This document shows positions 8,920 through 19,020 of a stretch of 53,679 bases of DNA, piece after piece. Below the pieces are notes generated by a model. That model made no database searches. It saw only the letters and a program-made list of their open reading frames with translations, and was not told where the DNA came from. The DNA is from Bacilli bacterium. GTDB taxonomy: Bacteria; Bacillota_I; Bacilli_A; ML615J-28; CAG-313. Each line of letters opens with the position of its first letter. Position 1 is the stretch's first letter. Where the stretch lies: assembly GCA_900752975.1 (NCBI GenBank), contig CAADXH010000088.1:1-53679 (forward strand). The letters run 5' to 3'. A program made the translations under genes and the position numbers.

Positions 8920-9648
8920 ATGGATGAACTGACAATATTCGCAGATGGATATAACGTAGAAATATGGGAACAAATAGCAAGAGTTGTACTGGCAATGACT
9001 TTAGGTGCGGTAATAGGACTTGAAAGAGAACTAAAAAATAAACCTGCTGGTTTTATAACCTTTATGCTAGTATCAATGGGGTCTTGTCTATTCGCACTTG
9101 TACAAGTAAACTTAATTGCAATGAACTTAAAAAATATGAGTTCAGATACTCAATATGGATTAGATACTTCAAGAATTGTTGCTCAAATTGTGCCAGGTAT
9201 AGGCTTTTTAGGAGCAGGCACTATTCTACATAATAAGGGTGCCGCAAAAGGAATTACAACAGCTGCTTTATTATGGGTATCAGCTGCCATTGGTCTTTTA
9301 GTTGGTATGGGTGGAGTTTCTAATTATATTATTGCTTGTGTTACAACGGTAGTTGTTTTTCCTTGTGCTCTTTTAATTAGACGAATAGGAAGAAAATATG
9401 TTGAAAAACATCGAATTTACCGAATTGACGTTGTAATACTAGCCGACAAAGAACAAGAATTATATGATAAAATAAAAAATAGTGGTGGAAATATTAAAAA
9501 AGTTTTCTTTCACAATAAATCAGTTAAAGATGATAAGAGTATAAAAGAACTTTATGTATACTTTTCAACTCTAAAAGGTTATAACTATAATGCAATTATA
9601 AGCGAAATTATTAATGAGAATTATATAATTTCGTTGGAAGATTCTTAA
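8920..9648 (+). CDS. MgtC/SapB family membrane protein
   Basis: ARVVLAMTLGAVIGLERELKNKPAGF (MgtC signature), 4-5 TM segments, soluble C-terminal domain. Start placed at the ATG with a GGGAG RBS rather than the GTG at 8860. Confidence 0.85.
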   Translation: MDELTIFADGYNVEIWEQIARVVLAMTLGAVIGLERELKNKPAGFITFMLVSMGSCLFALVQVNLIAMNLKNMSSDTQYGLDTSRIVAQIVPGIGFLGAGTILHNKGAAKGITTAALLWVSAAIGLLVGMGGVSNYIIACVTTVVVFPCALLIRRIGRKYVEKHRIYRIDVVILADKEQELYDKIKNSGGNIKKVFFHNKSVKDDKSIKELYVYFSTLKGYNYNAIISEIINENYIISLEDS

Positions 9649-9678
9649 AAATAAAAGAATAATTGAAAGAAGGATTTT

Positions 9679-11070
9679 ATGAATAATATAAAAAAACAAT
9701 ACGGGTTATGGACAGGGATAGCGATGGTCGTGGGGATAGTTATTGGTTCTGGTGTCTTCTTAAAGGCTGGAGGTGTTTTGAAACTATCTGGCGGTGATCT
9801 TAGAATATCTCTGCTAGCCTGGTTTATTGGCGGTATTATTATGATTGCCTCGGGCTTTTGTTTTGCGGTATTCGCAACTAAAATAACAAAGTATAATGGT
9901 GTAGTTGACTATGTTGAAACTGCAACTAATAAAAAAATAGGATACTATCTTGCTTGGCTTATTACAACTTTTTATTATCCTATTATCGCAGCAATTGTTT
10001 CACTGTTTGCAGGTGTTTATTTCTTTAAAATGTTAGGATTAAATGTTGGTTTAACTGATTGGCAAAATTTCTTGTTTGCATTTATTTTAGTAACCTTAAT
10101 CATTTTAATGAATTATTTTTCACCGATTATATCTTCAAAATTTCAGATTTCCGCAACCATAATTAAATTATTACCAATAGGTATTATCGCAGTAGCTGGT
10201 CTTTTCGCATCATTTATTCCTAAAAGTAATAGCACTATGATTGAAGCACTCTCAAATCCCGCTCCTGGTTATGTGGTTAATTTTGGAGATGCCATTAAAA
10301 AAACGGCTTTTGCATATGAAGGATGGGTTTGTGCAACAGCCATCAATGCGGAATTAAAGGATTCACACAAGAATCTTCCAAGAGCTTTAGTGGGTGGAAC
10401 AATAGCCATTTTGGTGTTTTATATCATCTATTACATTTCATTATCAGCTTTTTTAGGTAATGCTGGTACAATTAATGAAGATGAAAATGCTCCAATAGCA
10501 GTATTTACAATGCTAATGGGAAAATTTGGGGGAACTGTATTTGCGTTCTTTATTTTAGTTTCTTGCCTTGGTACTGTAAATGGCGTTTCAATTGGATGTT
10601 GTCGCGGTATGTATACAATGTCATGCCGTGGTCATGGAATCTCTCCTCAGAATTTTTCTAAGTTAGGAAAGAACAAAAGTGTATCGTTATTATCATGTCT
10701 ATATGGGTATGGATGCATAATTTTAATGCTTGGTGTATGGTATCTTGCAATGCATGATGTATGGTTATTTGGTCATTTAGGTGCTATGGATGAGATTGTC
10801 TGTGCAATTATTTATGCAGTTTACATTGCCATGTATATTTATATTATGAAAAACTTTAAGGATTTAGGGGTTATAAAAAGGTTCATAATGCCTTGTTTTG
10901 CGATTATAGGATCAGTATTTTTCACCTTCTGTGGCACTGGTTTGTATCAATTGATAGTTTATCAGGACACTAGTAGCCTTATAGATTTTGTGGTATTTTT
11001 AGGATTATTTGTTATTCTTATGCTTCCTTCTGTGTTCTTTTATAATAAAGAGAATAAAGAAAGCATATAA
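9679..11070 (+). CDS. APC-superfamily amino acid permease
   Basis: About 12 TM segments, N-terminal GIVIGSGVF and central FAYEGW motifs typical of APC transporters. Confidence 0.8.
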   Translation: MNNIKKQYGLWTGIAMVVGIVIGSGVFLKAGGVLKLSGGDLRISLLAWFIGGIIMIASGFCFAVFATKITKYNGVVDYVETATNKKIGYYLAWLITTFYYPIIAAIVSLFAGVYFFKMLGLNVGLTDWQNFLFAFILVTLIILMNYFSPIISSKFQISATIIKLLPIGIIAVAGLFASFIPKSNSTMIEALSNPAPGYVVNFGDAIKKTAFAYEGWVCATAINAELKDSHKNLPRALVGGTIAILVFYIIYYISLSAFLGNAGTINEDENAPIAVFTMLMGKFGGTVFAFFILVSCLGTVNGVSIGCCRGMYTMSCRGHGISPQNFSKLGKNKSVSLLSCLYGYGCIILMLGVWYLAMHDVWLFGHLGAMDEIVCAIIYAVYIAMYIYIMKNFKDLGVIKRFIMPCFAIIGSVFFTFCGTGLYQLIVYQDTSSLIDFVVFLGLFVILMLPSVFFYNKENKESI

Positions 11071-11076
11071 AAAAAT

Positions 11077-11119
11077 AAGTGTATTTCTTGTATTGTTAGT
11101 ACAAAAAATACACTTTTTT
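11077..11119. terminator. Bidirectional terminator between convergent permease and hydrolase genes
   Basis: AAGTGTATTT...AAATACACTT (10-bp stem) flanked by an A run and a T run. Confidence 0.6.
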
Positions 11120-11134
11120 CTTGATGATTATTTC

Positions 11135-12091
11135 CTATAAATTATTTTCTTTTAAGAAGTCTTGAATGGCTTTATCATATAATTCAGGTGTAACCGCACG
11201 AATATGAGAGTGAGCACCTTTATCAAACCATACAAGTTTTTTGGATTTACTACCACACCTATCATAAAGCTCTTGAGCTCTTGCAGGTAGTGAGTATAAA
11301 TCCTCTTTACTATGTAAAAGTAATAGTGGTTTATCAAGTTTATCAATGCAATCTTTTGGACCATATTTCATAGTGTGATGTGTGAAATGACGCATCCAAA
11401 AATCACATTCTTGAAGGACTGGAAAGAGTGGACGTTTATCAACAATCATATGATTTTTAAATGAATCATAGAAGTCAGGGTACATTCCTTCAGCAATTAA
11501 AGCTTTAATGTTGCTAGGGCAATCTTGCCTAATCATTGCGTATAATGCGGCCGCAGAACCAATACATATACCATGCATAACAATGGTATCTATATGGTAG
11601 GTATCATGTAAGAAATTAGCCCATGCGATAACATCTTTGCATTCTTCAAAACCTATTGTGTTATATTCTCCATCACTATAGCCATGCGCTCTAGGATCAA
11701 TAACCAAGATGTTGTAACCTGCATCTTGATAAGGTTTGGCGAAGAAATAAGAATACATACATGCTTCAGTTCTACCTTGATGGATGAAAGCAACTTTGTC
11801 ATAGCCAAAATCAAAATATTCACCATAAAGGTTTAATCCTTCATTTATGATGTGAACATCTTTTTTATAACCTTTATTTTTTTCTCCCCATTCAAGGCCA
11901 ATCTCATACATTCTAACTTGAAGTTTGTTGGTCATCCATGAACAATGTCTTCCCCATGTGTCTTTGTCTTTACGATGAAGATGCTTTAAATAAATTTTTC
12001 TTGCAAGAAAAAAAGTAAAAATAAAATATGAAATTATTGATAATACTAATATAGAACCAATAATTATTGGAATTATTACATAAAGTGGCAT
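11135..12091 (-). CDS. Membrane-anchored alpha/beta-fold hydrolase/acyltransferase with Cys at the nucleophile elbow
   Basis: N-terminal TM helix. Nucleophile elbow VMHGICIGSAAAL (G-x-C-x-G instead of G-x-S-x-G). Candidate acid LHSKEDLYS and His GAHSH. AGGAGGG RBS. Confidence 0.75.
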   Translation of the reverse strand: MPLYVIIPIIIGSILVLSIISYFIFTFFLARKIYLKHLHRKDKDTWGRHCSWMTNKLQVRMYEIGLEWGEKNKGYKKDVHIINEGLNLYGEYFDFGYDKVAFIHQGRTEACMYSYFFAKPYQDAGYNILVIDPRAHGYSDGEYNTIGFEECKDVIAWANFLHDTYHIDTIVMHGICIGSAAALYAMIRQDCPSNIKALIAEGMYPDFYDSFKNHMIVDKRPLFPVLQECDFWMRHFTHHTMKYGPKDCIDKLDKPLLLLHSKEDLYSLPARAQELYDRCGSKSKKLVWFDKGAHSHIRAVTPELYDKAIQDFLKENNL

Positions 12092-12202
12092 TTTTCCCTC
12101 CTAAATCGATAATATTATATCGTAAAGTAAGTTCTTTGTCAAACCATTAGAAAGCCGTGAAATGTTAATTTTTGTAAGAATTGGTCGACTCAAACAATTA
12201 TT

Positions 12203-12231
12203 TTGCTTTTTATAGTATAATATGCTATAAT
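12203..12231 (+). promoter_or_regulatory. Candidate sigma-A promoter of the DegV/Fak operon
   Basis: TTGCTT, 17 nt, TATAAT. Confidence 0.45.
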
Positions 12232-12272
12232 AATAAGTAAAATGCTGAAAAAATGCAAATTATGGAGGACAT

Positions 12273-13175
12273 ATGAAAAAAATAACAATTATTACAGATT
12301 CATGTAGCGATTTAAATAACGAATTAAGAAATAAATATGATATCGAATATTTAGAAATGCGTGTCTTATATGATGATAAAGATATACCTGCAAGTCTTGA
12401 TTGGGAGTATGTGCCTGCAAAAGAATTTTATGGTGCAATGCGCAATGGTACAAGATTCAAAACTGCTCAAGTAAATATGGAAGTATACCTTGAAAAATTT
12501 GAAGAAGAAATTAAAAAAGGTAATGATATATTATCAATTTCATGTTCTTCAGCATTATCAAGCTCATATTATGGCAGCATTAGAGCTTGTGAAGAATTAA
12601 AAGAAAAATATCCTGATGCAAAAATATATTGTATTGATAGTAGAAATTCAAGTTTAGGTTTAGGCTTAATGTGCATAGATGCATCCATCATGAGAAGTGA
12701 GGGAAAAACAATCGAAGAAATAGCAGAATATCTTGAAAAGCACAAACAAGAAGTAAATCAAGTTGCAACAGTTGAGGACTTGAACTATCTTAAACGTGCA
12801 GGCCGCATAACTGCTGCAAGTGCGGTTTTTGGTTCAATTTTAAAAATTAAACCTATTATTATTTCTGACACATTAGGTCAAAACGTAGCAATAAAAAAAG
12901 TAAGAGGAAGATCAACTTCTCTTAAAACAATTGTTGAAATGTTTGTTGAAAATTATACAAATGAAGATAAAAAAATGATAGGCATTAGTCATGCAGATTG
13001 TTTAGACGATGCTCTTGAATTAAAAAATATGATTATTGAAGCTGTACCTGCCGCTAAGGACATTGAATTCTTAATTGAATACATTGGACCAATTGTTGGT
13101 GCATCAGTAGGTCCTGGTACTGTTAGTGTTTATTTTTATGGAAAGGAAGTTACTTTTTGTTCAACTGAAAAGTAG
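12273..13175 (+). CDS. DegV family fatty-acid-binding protein (FakB-type), copy 1
   Basis: KITIITDSCSDL N-terminus, length ~300 aa, DegV-like layout. Confidence 0.85.
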   Translation: MKKITIITDSCSDLNNELRNKYDIEYLEMRVLYDDKDIPASLDWEYVPAKEFYGAMRNGTRFKTAQVNMEVYLEKFEEEIKKGNDILSISCSSALSSSYYGSIRACEELKEKYPDAKIYCIDSRNSSLGLGLMCIDASIMRSEGKTIEEIAEYLEKHKQEVNQVATVEDLNYLKRAGRITAASAVFGSILKIKPIIISDTLGQNVAIKKVRGRSTSLKTIVEMFVENYTNEDKKMIGISHADCLDDALELKNMIIEAVPAAKDIEFLIEYIGPIVGASVGPGTVSVYFYGKEVTFCSTEK

Positions 13176-13184
13176 GTAATAGGT

Positions 13185-14117
13185 ATGAGAAAATTTGTAA
13201 TACTTGCTGATAATGGTTGTGATTTATCAAAAGAATGTCGTGATTATTTTGGCGTAACAGACTATGTTACGGGACATTTACATTTACCAGATGGTAGAGA
13301 AATTACTACTAAATTAGAATGGGACTTTATGAGTTCAAAAGAATTTTATGCAAAACTATCACGTAAGAATAATGGCATTTCCACTTCTCCTTCAAATAGT
13401 GAAGAGTACTATAAAAAGTTTGAAAGTTATATTAAAGAAGGGTATGATATTTTAAGTATATCTTTATCAAGTACAATTAGTGCAACATATAGATTTGCGG
13501 TGGTGGCTGCCAATAACTTGAAAGAAAAATATCCTGATTGCCGTATATATTGTGTTGATTCGTATCGTGTATCAATGGGATTTGGACTTCTTGTTGCTTA
13601 TGCTCATGAATTAAAACGACAAGGTAAGTCCATGGACGAAATAATTGATTGGCTTGAAGTTAATAAATATAAAGTACACCAAATGGGACCAATTGACAAC
13701 TTATTTTTTGCAGCAAAACGTGGTCGAATTTCAATGGGGAAAGCAATCTTTGGTTCTTTTGCTGGAATAAAACCAATGGGTGATTATAGTCCAGATGGGT
13801 ATACCTCAGTAATTACTAAAGTAAAAGGAATTAATAAAGCTTTAGATATAACTGTACAGTATGTAAAAAGAACTATTATAGATCCTGAGAATCAATACAT
13901 TTTCATTGCTCATTCAGAAAGATTTGAAGCAGCTAATGAACTTAAAAATAGATTAGAAAAAGAAATTAAATGCAAACACATTTTTGTATCAGAAATATAT
14001 TGTAGTTGTGCTACTAATATAGGTGATGGGATGATTTCTGTTAATTATTTAGGTGATAAAATTTCGGCAGGACTTGTCAAAGAAAATGAAGTAATGAATG
14101 CAATTTTACAAAAATAA
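13185..14117 (+). CDS. DegV family fatty-acid-binding protein (FakB-type), copy 2
   Basis: Paralogue of the preceding gene (shared YCxDS, ISLSS/ISCSS and LKRAGRI/AKRGRIS blocks). Confidence 0.85.
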   Translation: MRKFVILADNGCDLSKECRDYFGVTDYVTGHLHLPDGREITTKLEWDFMSSKEFYAKLSRKNNGISTSPSNSEEYYKKFESYIKEGYDILSISLSSTISATYRFAVVAANNLKEKYPDCRIYCVDSYRVSMGFGLLVAYAHELKRQGKSMDEIIDWLEVNKYKVHQMGPIDNLFFAAKRGRISMGKAIFGSFAGIKPMGDYSPDGYTSVITKVKGINKALDITVQYVKRTIIDPENQYIFIAHSERFEAANELKNRLEKEIKCKHIFVSEIYCSCATNIGDGMISVNYLGDKISAGLVKENEVMNAILQK

Positions 14118-14140
14118 AGACTAAGAATAGGACAATTAAA

Positions 14141-15808
14141 ATGAATACTTTAAATGGAACCTTATATAAACAACTTATCTTAAACGGGCTAAATAATTTA
14201 TCAATACACTGTAAAGAAGTAAATGATTTAAATGTATTTCCTGTTCCAGATGGTGATACGGGAACAAACATGCTAATGACACTTCAAAATGGTTATTCAG
14301 CAATTAGTGGTGTTGATAAAACTAATCTTTCTGAAATAGCTATGCTTTTTTCAAAAAGTGCAGTACTTGGCGCTCGGGGTAATTCAGGGGTAATTTTATC
14401 ACAATTTTTAAAGGGAATATGTAATTATTTTTCTGATTATGAGGAAGTCGGTGCTATACAGTTTATTCATGCTTTGGAAAAAGGTGTTGAATATGCATAT
14501 AAAGCTGTAGCAATTCCTGTTGAAGGAACGATGTTAACAGTTATGCGTGAAGCAACTGAATATGTTGTTAAATGTATTCAAGGTGAAAAAATAGCAACAA
14601 TTGATCAAATAATTTCATTATTTATAAACCAAGCAAAAGTTTCGTTAGAAAACACACCTAATTTATTACACATTTTAAAATCAGCAGGAGTAATTGATAG
14701 TGGTGGTGCAGGCTTAATTTATATTTTTGAAGGAATGGACAAAAGCATAAAAGGTGAAATTATTGAGCCATATCAGTCAAGCCCACAAGCAACGTATATC
14801 GACTATTCAATTTTCAATAGTTCTAGCAAATTTGAATTTGGATATTGTACGGAACTTTTAATTCAATTATTAACTGATAAAGTTGATGTTTTAAAATTTA
14901 ACATTGATGATTTTACCGAAGTACTTGGAGTATTTGGAAATTCAATTGTAACTTCTCTTAATGATGATAAAGTAAAAGTTCATATTCACACGCGTACTCC
15001 TGAAAAAGTATTAGACTATTGCCACACATATGGTGAGTTTTTAGCTTTAAAAATTGAAAACATGGATGTTCAACATGATAATAAAGTACAAGATACCACT
15101 AGAATAGTTCAACCAAAAATTAAAAAAGAAGAAAAGAAACACCAAAATACAGCAAGTGTTGTGGTAGCTTCAGATGAAAAAATGGCACAACTATTTGAAA
15201 GTATGGGAGCTTCATATGTAATTTATGGTGGGGATACTTGCAATCCATCGGTTAGTGATTTTGTTGATGCTTATAGTAAAGTTAATGCAGATAATATAAT
15301 TGTATTTCCAAACAATAGTAATGTTATTTTGACAGTTAATCAATCTGCCCAAGTGTTTAACAAAAGTAACATAATTTGTATTGAAACTAAATCTTATTTA
15401 GAATGCTATTCAGCTTTAACTTTAATTGATTATGAGTTAGCTGATGTTGAAGAAAACATAGAAGCAATTAATGATGCAATTAAAAATATAACTAGCTTTA
15501 TTATCACAAAATCAGTAAAGGATTCTTCATATGAAAATAGTAATATTCACAAAGATGATTACATCGCGATTAAAGGTAAAGATTTACTTGGAATAAGTAC
15601 TGATTTAATAGAACTAACAGTGGATGTTGCTACAAAACTAATTAAAAAAGAGAAAAAAGATATTATGACAATATTTGTTGGCAAGAATGTGTCAAAAGAA
15701 GATATTGAAAATATTAAATCGAAAATTCATAACGCGTTTGGTTTAATTGACATTGATGTTATTGAAACAGATAATAATGTTCATAACCTAATGATATCAC
15801 TTGAATAG
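14141..15808 (+). CDS. DAK2 domain fusion protein (YloV/FakA-like fatty acid kinase subunit)
   Basis: FPVPDGDTGTNM and GARGNSGVILSQF Dak2 motifs, ~555 aa, directly after two DegV genes. Confidence 0.8.
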   Translation: MNTLNGTLYKQLILNGLNNLSIHCKEVNDLNVFPVPDGDTGTNMLMTLQNGYSAISGVDKTNLSEIAMLFSKSAVLGARGNSGVILSQFLKGICNYFSDYEEVGAIQFIHALEKGVEYAYKAVAIPVEGTMLTVMREATEYVVKCIQGEKIATIDQIISLFINQAKVSLENTPNLLHILKSAGVIDSGGAGLIYIFEGMDKSIKGEIIEPYQSSPQATYIDYSIFNSSSKFEFGYCTELLIQLLTDKVDVLKFNIDDFTEVLGVFGNSIVTSLNDDKVKVHIHTRTPEKVLDYCHTYGEFLALKIENMDVQHDNKVQDTTRIVQPKIKKEEKKHQNTASVVVASDEKMAQLFESMGASYVIYGGDTCNPSVSDFVDAYSKVNADNIIVFPNNSNVILTVNQSAQVFNKSNIICIETKSYLECYSALTLIDYELADVEENIEAINDAIKNITSFIITKSVKDSSYENSNIHKDDYIAIKGKDLLGISTDLIELTVDVATKLIKKEKKDIMTIFVGKNVSKEDIENIKSKIHNAFGLIDIDVIETDNNVHNLMISLE

Positions 15809-15809
15809 T

Positions 15810-16748
15810 ATGAGCAGTAAAGAAAAGTGTTGTTTGGTATTAGAAGGTGGTGGCGTTAAATGTGCCTACCAATTCGGAGTGCTAGATGTCTTGACCAAAG
15901 CAGGTTTTAGTTTTGATGCAGTATCAGGTACATCATTTGGTTCTTTGAATTGTGCCTTATATCTATCTGGTGGGATTGAACGAATGAGACAATTTTGGGA
16001 AACTTTGTCAGCCGAAGAGATGTTTAACGAACCACGACTTGATGAGTTAACTGATAAAATTTACAAAAAAGAATCATTATTTGATATTAAGACTTTAAGC
16101 TTTATAATTTCTGAATGGTCTCATCCTCAAAAAAAACGTGAAGAGATTTCAAAATTATATCGTGAATTAGTAATGAAAAATGTGGATGAAGAAAAAATTA
16201 GAGAAAGTAAAACTGATTTTGGATTTGTTACACTGGAAATACCTAATTATAAAAACTTGGTATTTGAAGGAGGAATGTCTCTATTATTTCCTCTTACAAC
16301 TATGGCAAGAATGATGTTCAATAAAAGCCAAGGTAAAACCTTATTAGAGTACTTTTCGTTTGTTCCATATGAATTAATGGCAGATGAAGTAAAGCAAGGA
16401 AAACTAGCTGATTATATTGCTGCAAGTGCTAATAATTTTATATTCACACCAATGGAAATAGATAACAAGAGATTTACTGATGGTGGTGTATATGATAACT
16501 TGCCAATTAAAATGATGGAAGATAAGGGATATCGTAAATTCTTTTGCATTAGAGTTTCAACAAGAGATTTAAAATTAAAATGTAGTGATAATTTAGATAT
16601 TACGATGATTACCCCAACTGAAGATACCGGTAATTGTGCTATGTTTAATGTCAATAATATCAAGCATTTGATTGAACTTGGAAGAAAAGATGCATTAGCA
16701 TTTATTAAAACATTAAAAGGAGACTCATATGAAAAAATTGAATTCTAA
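15810..16748 (+). CDS. Patatin-like phospholipase
   Basis: LEGGGVKCAYQFGVL oxyanion motif, GTSFG nucleophile (G-x-S-x-G), DGGVYDNLP catalytic Asp. Confidence 0.85.
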   Translation: MSSKEKCCLVLEGGGVKCAYQFGVLDVLTKAGFSFDAVSGTSFGSLNCALYLSGGIERMRQFWETLSAEEMFNEPRLDELTDKIYKKESLFDIKTLSFIISEWSHPQKKREEISKLYRELVMKNVDEEKIRESKTDFGFVTLEIPNYKNLVFEGGMSLLFPLTTMARMMFNKSQGKTLLEYFSFVPYELMADEVKQGKLADYIAASANNFIFTPMEIDNKRFTDGGVYDNLPIKMMEDKGYRKFFCIRVSTRDLKLKCSDNLDITMITPTEDTGNCAMFNVNNIKHLIELGRKDALAFIKTLKGDSYEKIEF

Positions 16749-18063
16749 ATGGAAAATTATACTTTACGGATGCTCGGGTATGGGCGTAAATATGTTAAAT
16801 TTGATAATGGGCTCATATATTTGTAGTGCATTACTTACTGGTGGGTTTAATCAAGAAGATATTGGTGTGTGGACCTTTGGTAAAGAAAATTTAGTTATTG
16901 CCGCGGTTTGGAGTGCTATTGTTGTAGTAGCTAAAATCATTGATGGTGTTGTTGATATTCCTATGGCATCATTTACGGATAATCTAAAAACTAGATGGGG
17001 AAAAAGGAGACCAGCAATTTTAATTGGTATGATACCAATGATTCTTGCATATCTTGGAATGCTACTTCCAATGAATAATACTGCCACAATGTTCAACACA
17101 GTAATGTATGGCATATTTTTATGTATTTTCTATTCATTCTATACGTTAACAATGGTTACATATTATGCGACATTCTCAGAAATAGTTGATAATGAAAAAG
17201 ATAGATTGTTTTTATCAAATGTAAAATCAGTGTGTGATATTTTCTATTTTATTTTAGGTTATGCATTAATACCTATATTTATTGGCCTAAGAATTAATAT
17301 AAGAATTGTATCATTAATATTTTTACCATTTGTTTTGACAATGTTAATACCGCTTTTTATGATTAAAGGTGATGATAATAGAAATGAAAAAACAGAAAAA
17401 GTTAAATCAATAAGTTTAATTAAATCACTAGTTTATGCATTTAGAAATAAAACATTTATTATATGGATGTTAGTATATTCATTTATGACTTTTGGTGTAC
17501 AATTGTTTATAGGTGGTATTAATGAATTTTTCTCTTATCACGAATTATCAATGTCAATAATTATGGCCGCATCTTTTGCACCTGTACCATTTACTTTAAT
17601 ACTATATAATTATATAACTAAGAAAAAAGGATTTGGCTTTTCTTTTGGTTATACGTTAATTATATTTGTTGCCGGAATGCTTATGATGTTCGGCTGTAAA
17701 TTTATAGAAGATGGAACTGCAAAATTAATACTTGGACTAGCATCTGGTATTGTATGTTCATTTGCGGTGGGATCACTATTCTCAGTTGCTTACTCTATCC
17801 CATCATATCTTGCAAGTAAAGAAGAAAAAGAAACAGGTATAGCACATTCTGCAATGTATTTTGCGGTACAAGGTTTGTTTGCAGGGGTATTTACGGGCCT
17901 TGCTACGGGTGTTGTTTTAGTAACATTAAAAGAAACTGGAACAATTTATTTATTAACTGTTGTTGCAGCATTGTCTTGTATTATTGCTTTCCTTTTAATG
18001 AACATTCTTCCTGTTTCAATTAAAAACTTTGGAAAAGAGTCAGATACGGATAATGAAGAATAA
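16729..18063 (+). CDS. MFS transporter of the glycoside-pentoside-hexuronide (GPH/MelB) type
   Basis: About 12 TM segments; KIIDGVVDIPMASFTDNLKTRWGKRRP matches the GPH D-x-x-D...RWGK(F/R)RP signature. Confidence 0.8.
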   Translation: MKKLNSKWKIILYGCSGMGVNMLNLIMGSYICSALLTGGFNQEDIGVWTFGKENLVIAAVWSAIVVVAKIIDGVVDIPMASFTDNLKTRWGKRRPAILIGMIPMILAYLGMLLPMNNTATMFNTVMYGIFLCIFYSFYTLTMVTYYATFSEIVDNEKDRLFLSNVKSVCDIFYFILGYALIPIFIGLRINIRIVSLIFLPFVLTMLIPLFMIKGDDNRNEKTEKVKSISLIKSLVYAFRNKTFIIWMLVYSFMTFGVQLFIGGINEFFSYHELSMSIIMAASFAPVPFTLILYNYITKKKGFGFSFGYTLIIFVAGMLMMFGCKFIEDGTAKLILGLASGIVCSFAVGSLFSVAYSIPSYLASKEEKETGIAHSAMYFAVQGLFAGVFTGLATGVVLVTLKETGTIYLLTVVAALSCIIAFLLMNILPVSIKNFGKESDTDNEE

Positions 18064-19000
18064 GAAAATAGTGATAGACACTTTAGGTGCTGATATGCTT
18101 CCTGCTGAAATATGCGAAGGTATTAAATTAAATAATAGTAAAGATTATCACTTTGTTGTGGTTGGACCTAAAGATGAGATTGAAAAAGTTCTAAATAATA
18201 GTGATTTGTCATATGAAATAATAGATACTTTTGATTATATAAGCAATAAAGAAAATCCAATAAGTATTATTAGAAATAGAGAGAGTTCATCACTTTATCT
18301 AGCTTTAGCAAATACCAAAAAAGATGACACAATAGGACTTATCAGTGCAGGTTCTACTGGTGCTATTATGGTAGGAAGCATGTTTATTCTAGGCTTAGAA
18401 GAAAACTTGCAATCAGCTATTCTTGCGTGTGTACTATATAAGTTTAATCATCAACCTTTTTGCTTAGTAGATTGTGGAGCAAATGTTAATCCTCTACCTA
18501 CGGATATGAAAGTATTTGCTGAACTTGGTTCAAAATTTATGAAAAGTTACAGCAATATAACAAATCCAAAAGTTGGACTATTGTCAGTGGGAAAAGAAAA
18601 AGGAAAAGGTAATGAACTTGTAAAAAAAGCATATGAACTACTGGAAAATAGTGACATAAATTTTATTGGTAACATTGAAATAGATAATGTTTTTAATAGT
18701 GATGTTGACGTTCTTGTTTGTGACGGATTTAGTGGAAATCTTTTATTAAAAAACACAGAAGCTATAGCACTTATGATTTCAGAAAAGATAGTGAAAAAAT
18801 ATTGTACAAATAAAGAGGATTTAGAAAAAATTAATAACTCAATCTTTAAATTATTTGCGTATAATGATCAAGCTGGTGCAATTCTTTTAGGAGTAAAAAA
18901 ACTAGTAATAAAAGTGCATGGTAAGGCTAATCGTTTAACTATTTCATCAGCAATAAATCAATTAATTGCTTTAAATGACGGTGGTTATAATAATAAATAA
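18053..19000 (+). CDS. plsX: Phosphate acyltransferase PlsX
   Basis: KIVIDTLGAD, ISAGSTGA and VCDGFSGNLLLKNTE motifs. ATG at 18053 overlaps the MFS stop. Confidence 0.8.
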   Translation: MKNKKIVIDTLGADMLPAEICEGIKLNNSKDYHFVVVGPKDEIEKVLNNSDLSYEIIDTFDYISNKENPISIIRNRESSSLYLALANTKKDDTIGLISAGSTGAIMVGSMFILGLEENLQSAILACVLYKFNHQPFCLVDCGANVNPLPTDMKVFAELGSKFMKSYSNITNPKVGLLSVGKEKGKGNELVKKAYELLENSDINFIGNIEIDNVFNSDVDVLVCDGFSGNLLLKNTEAIALMISEKIVKKYCTNKEDLEKINNSIFKLFAYNDQAGAILLGVKKLVIKVHGKANRLTISSAINQLIALNDGGYNNK

Positions 19001-19020
19001 AAAATAAAGAGGAAATTAAT

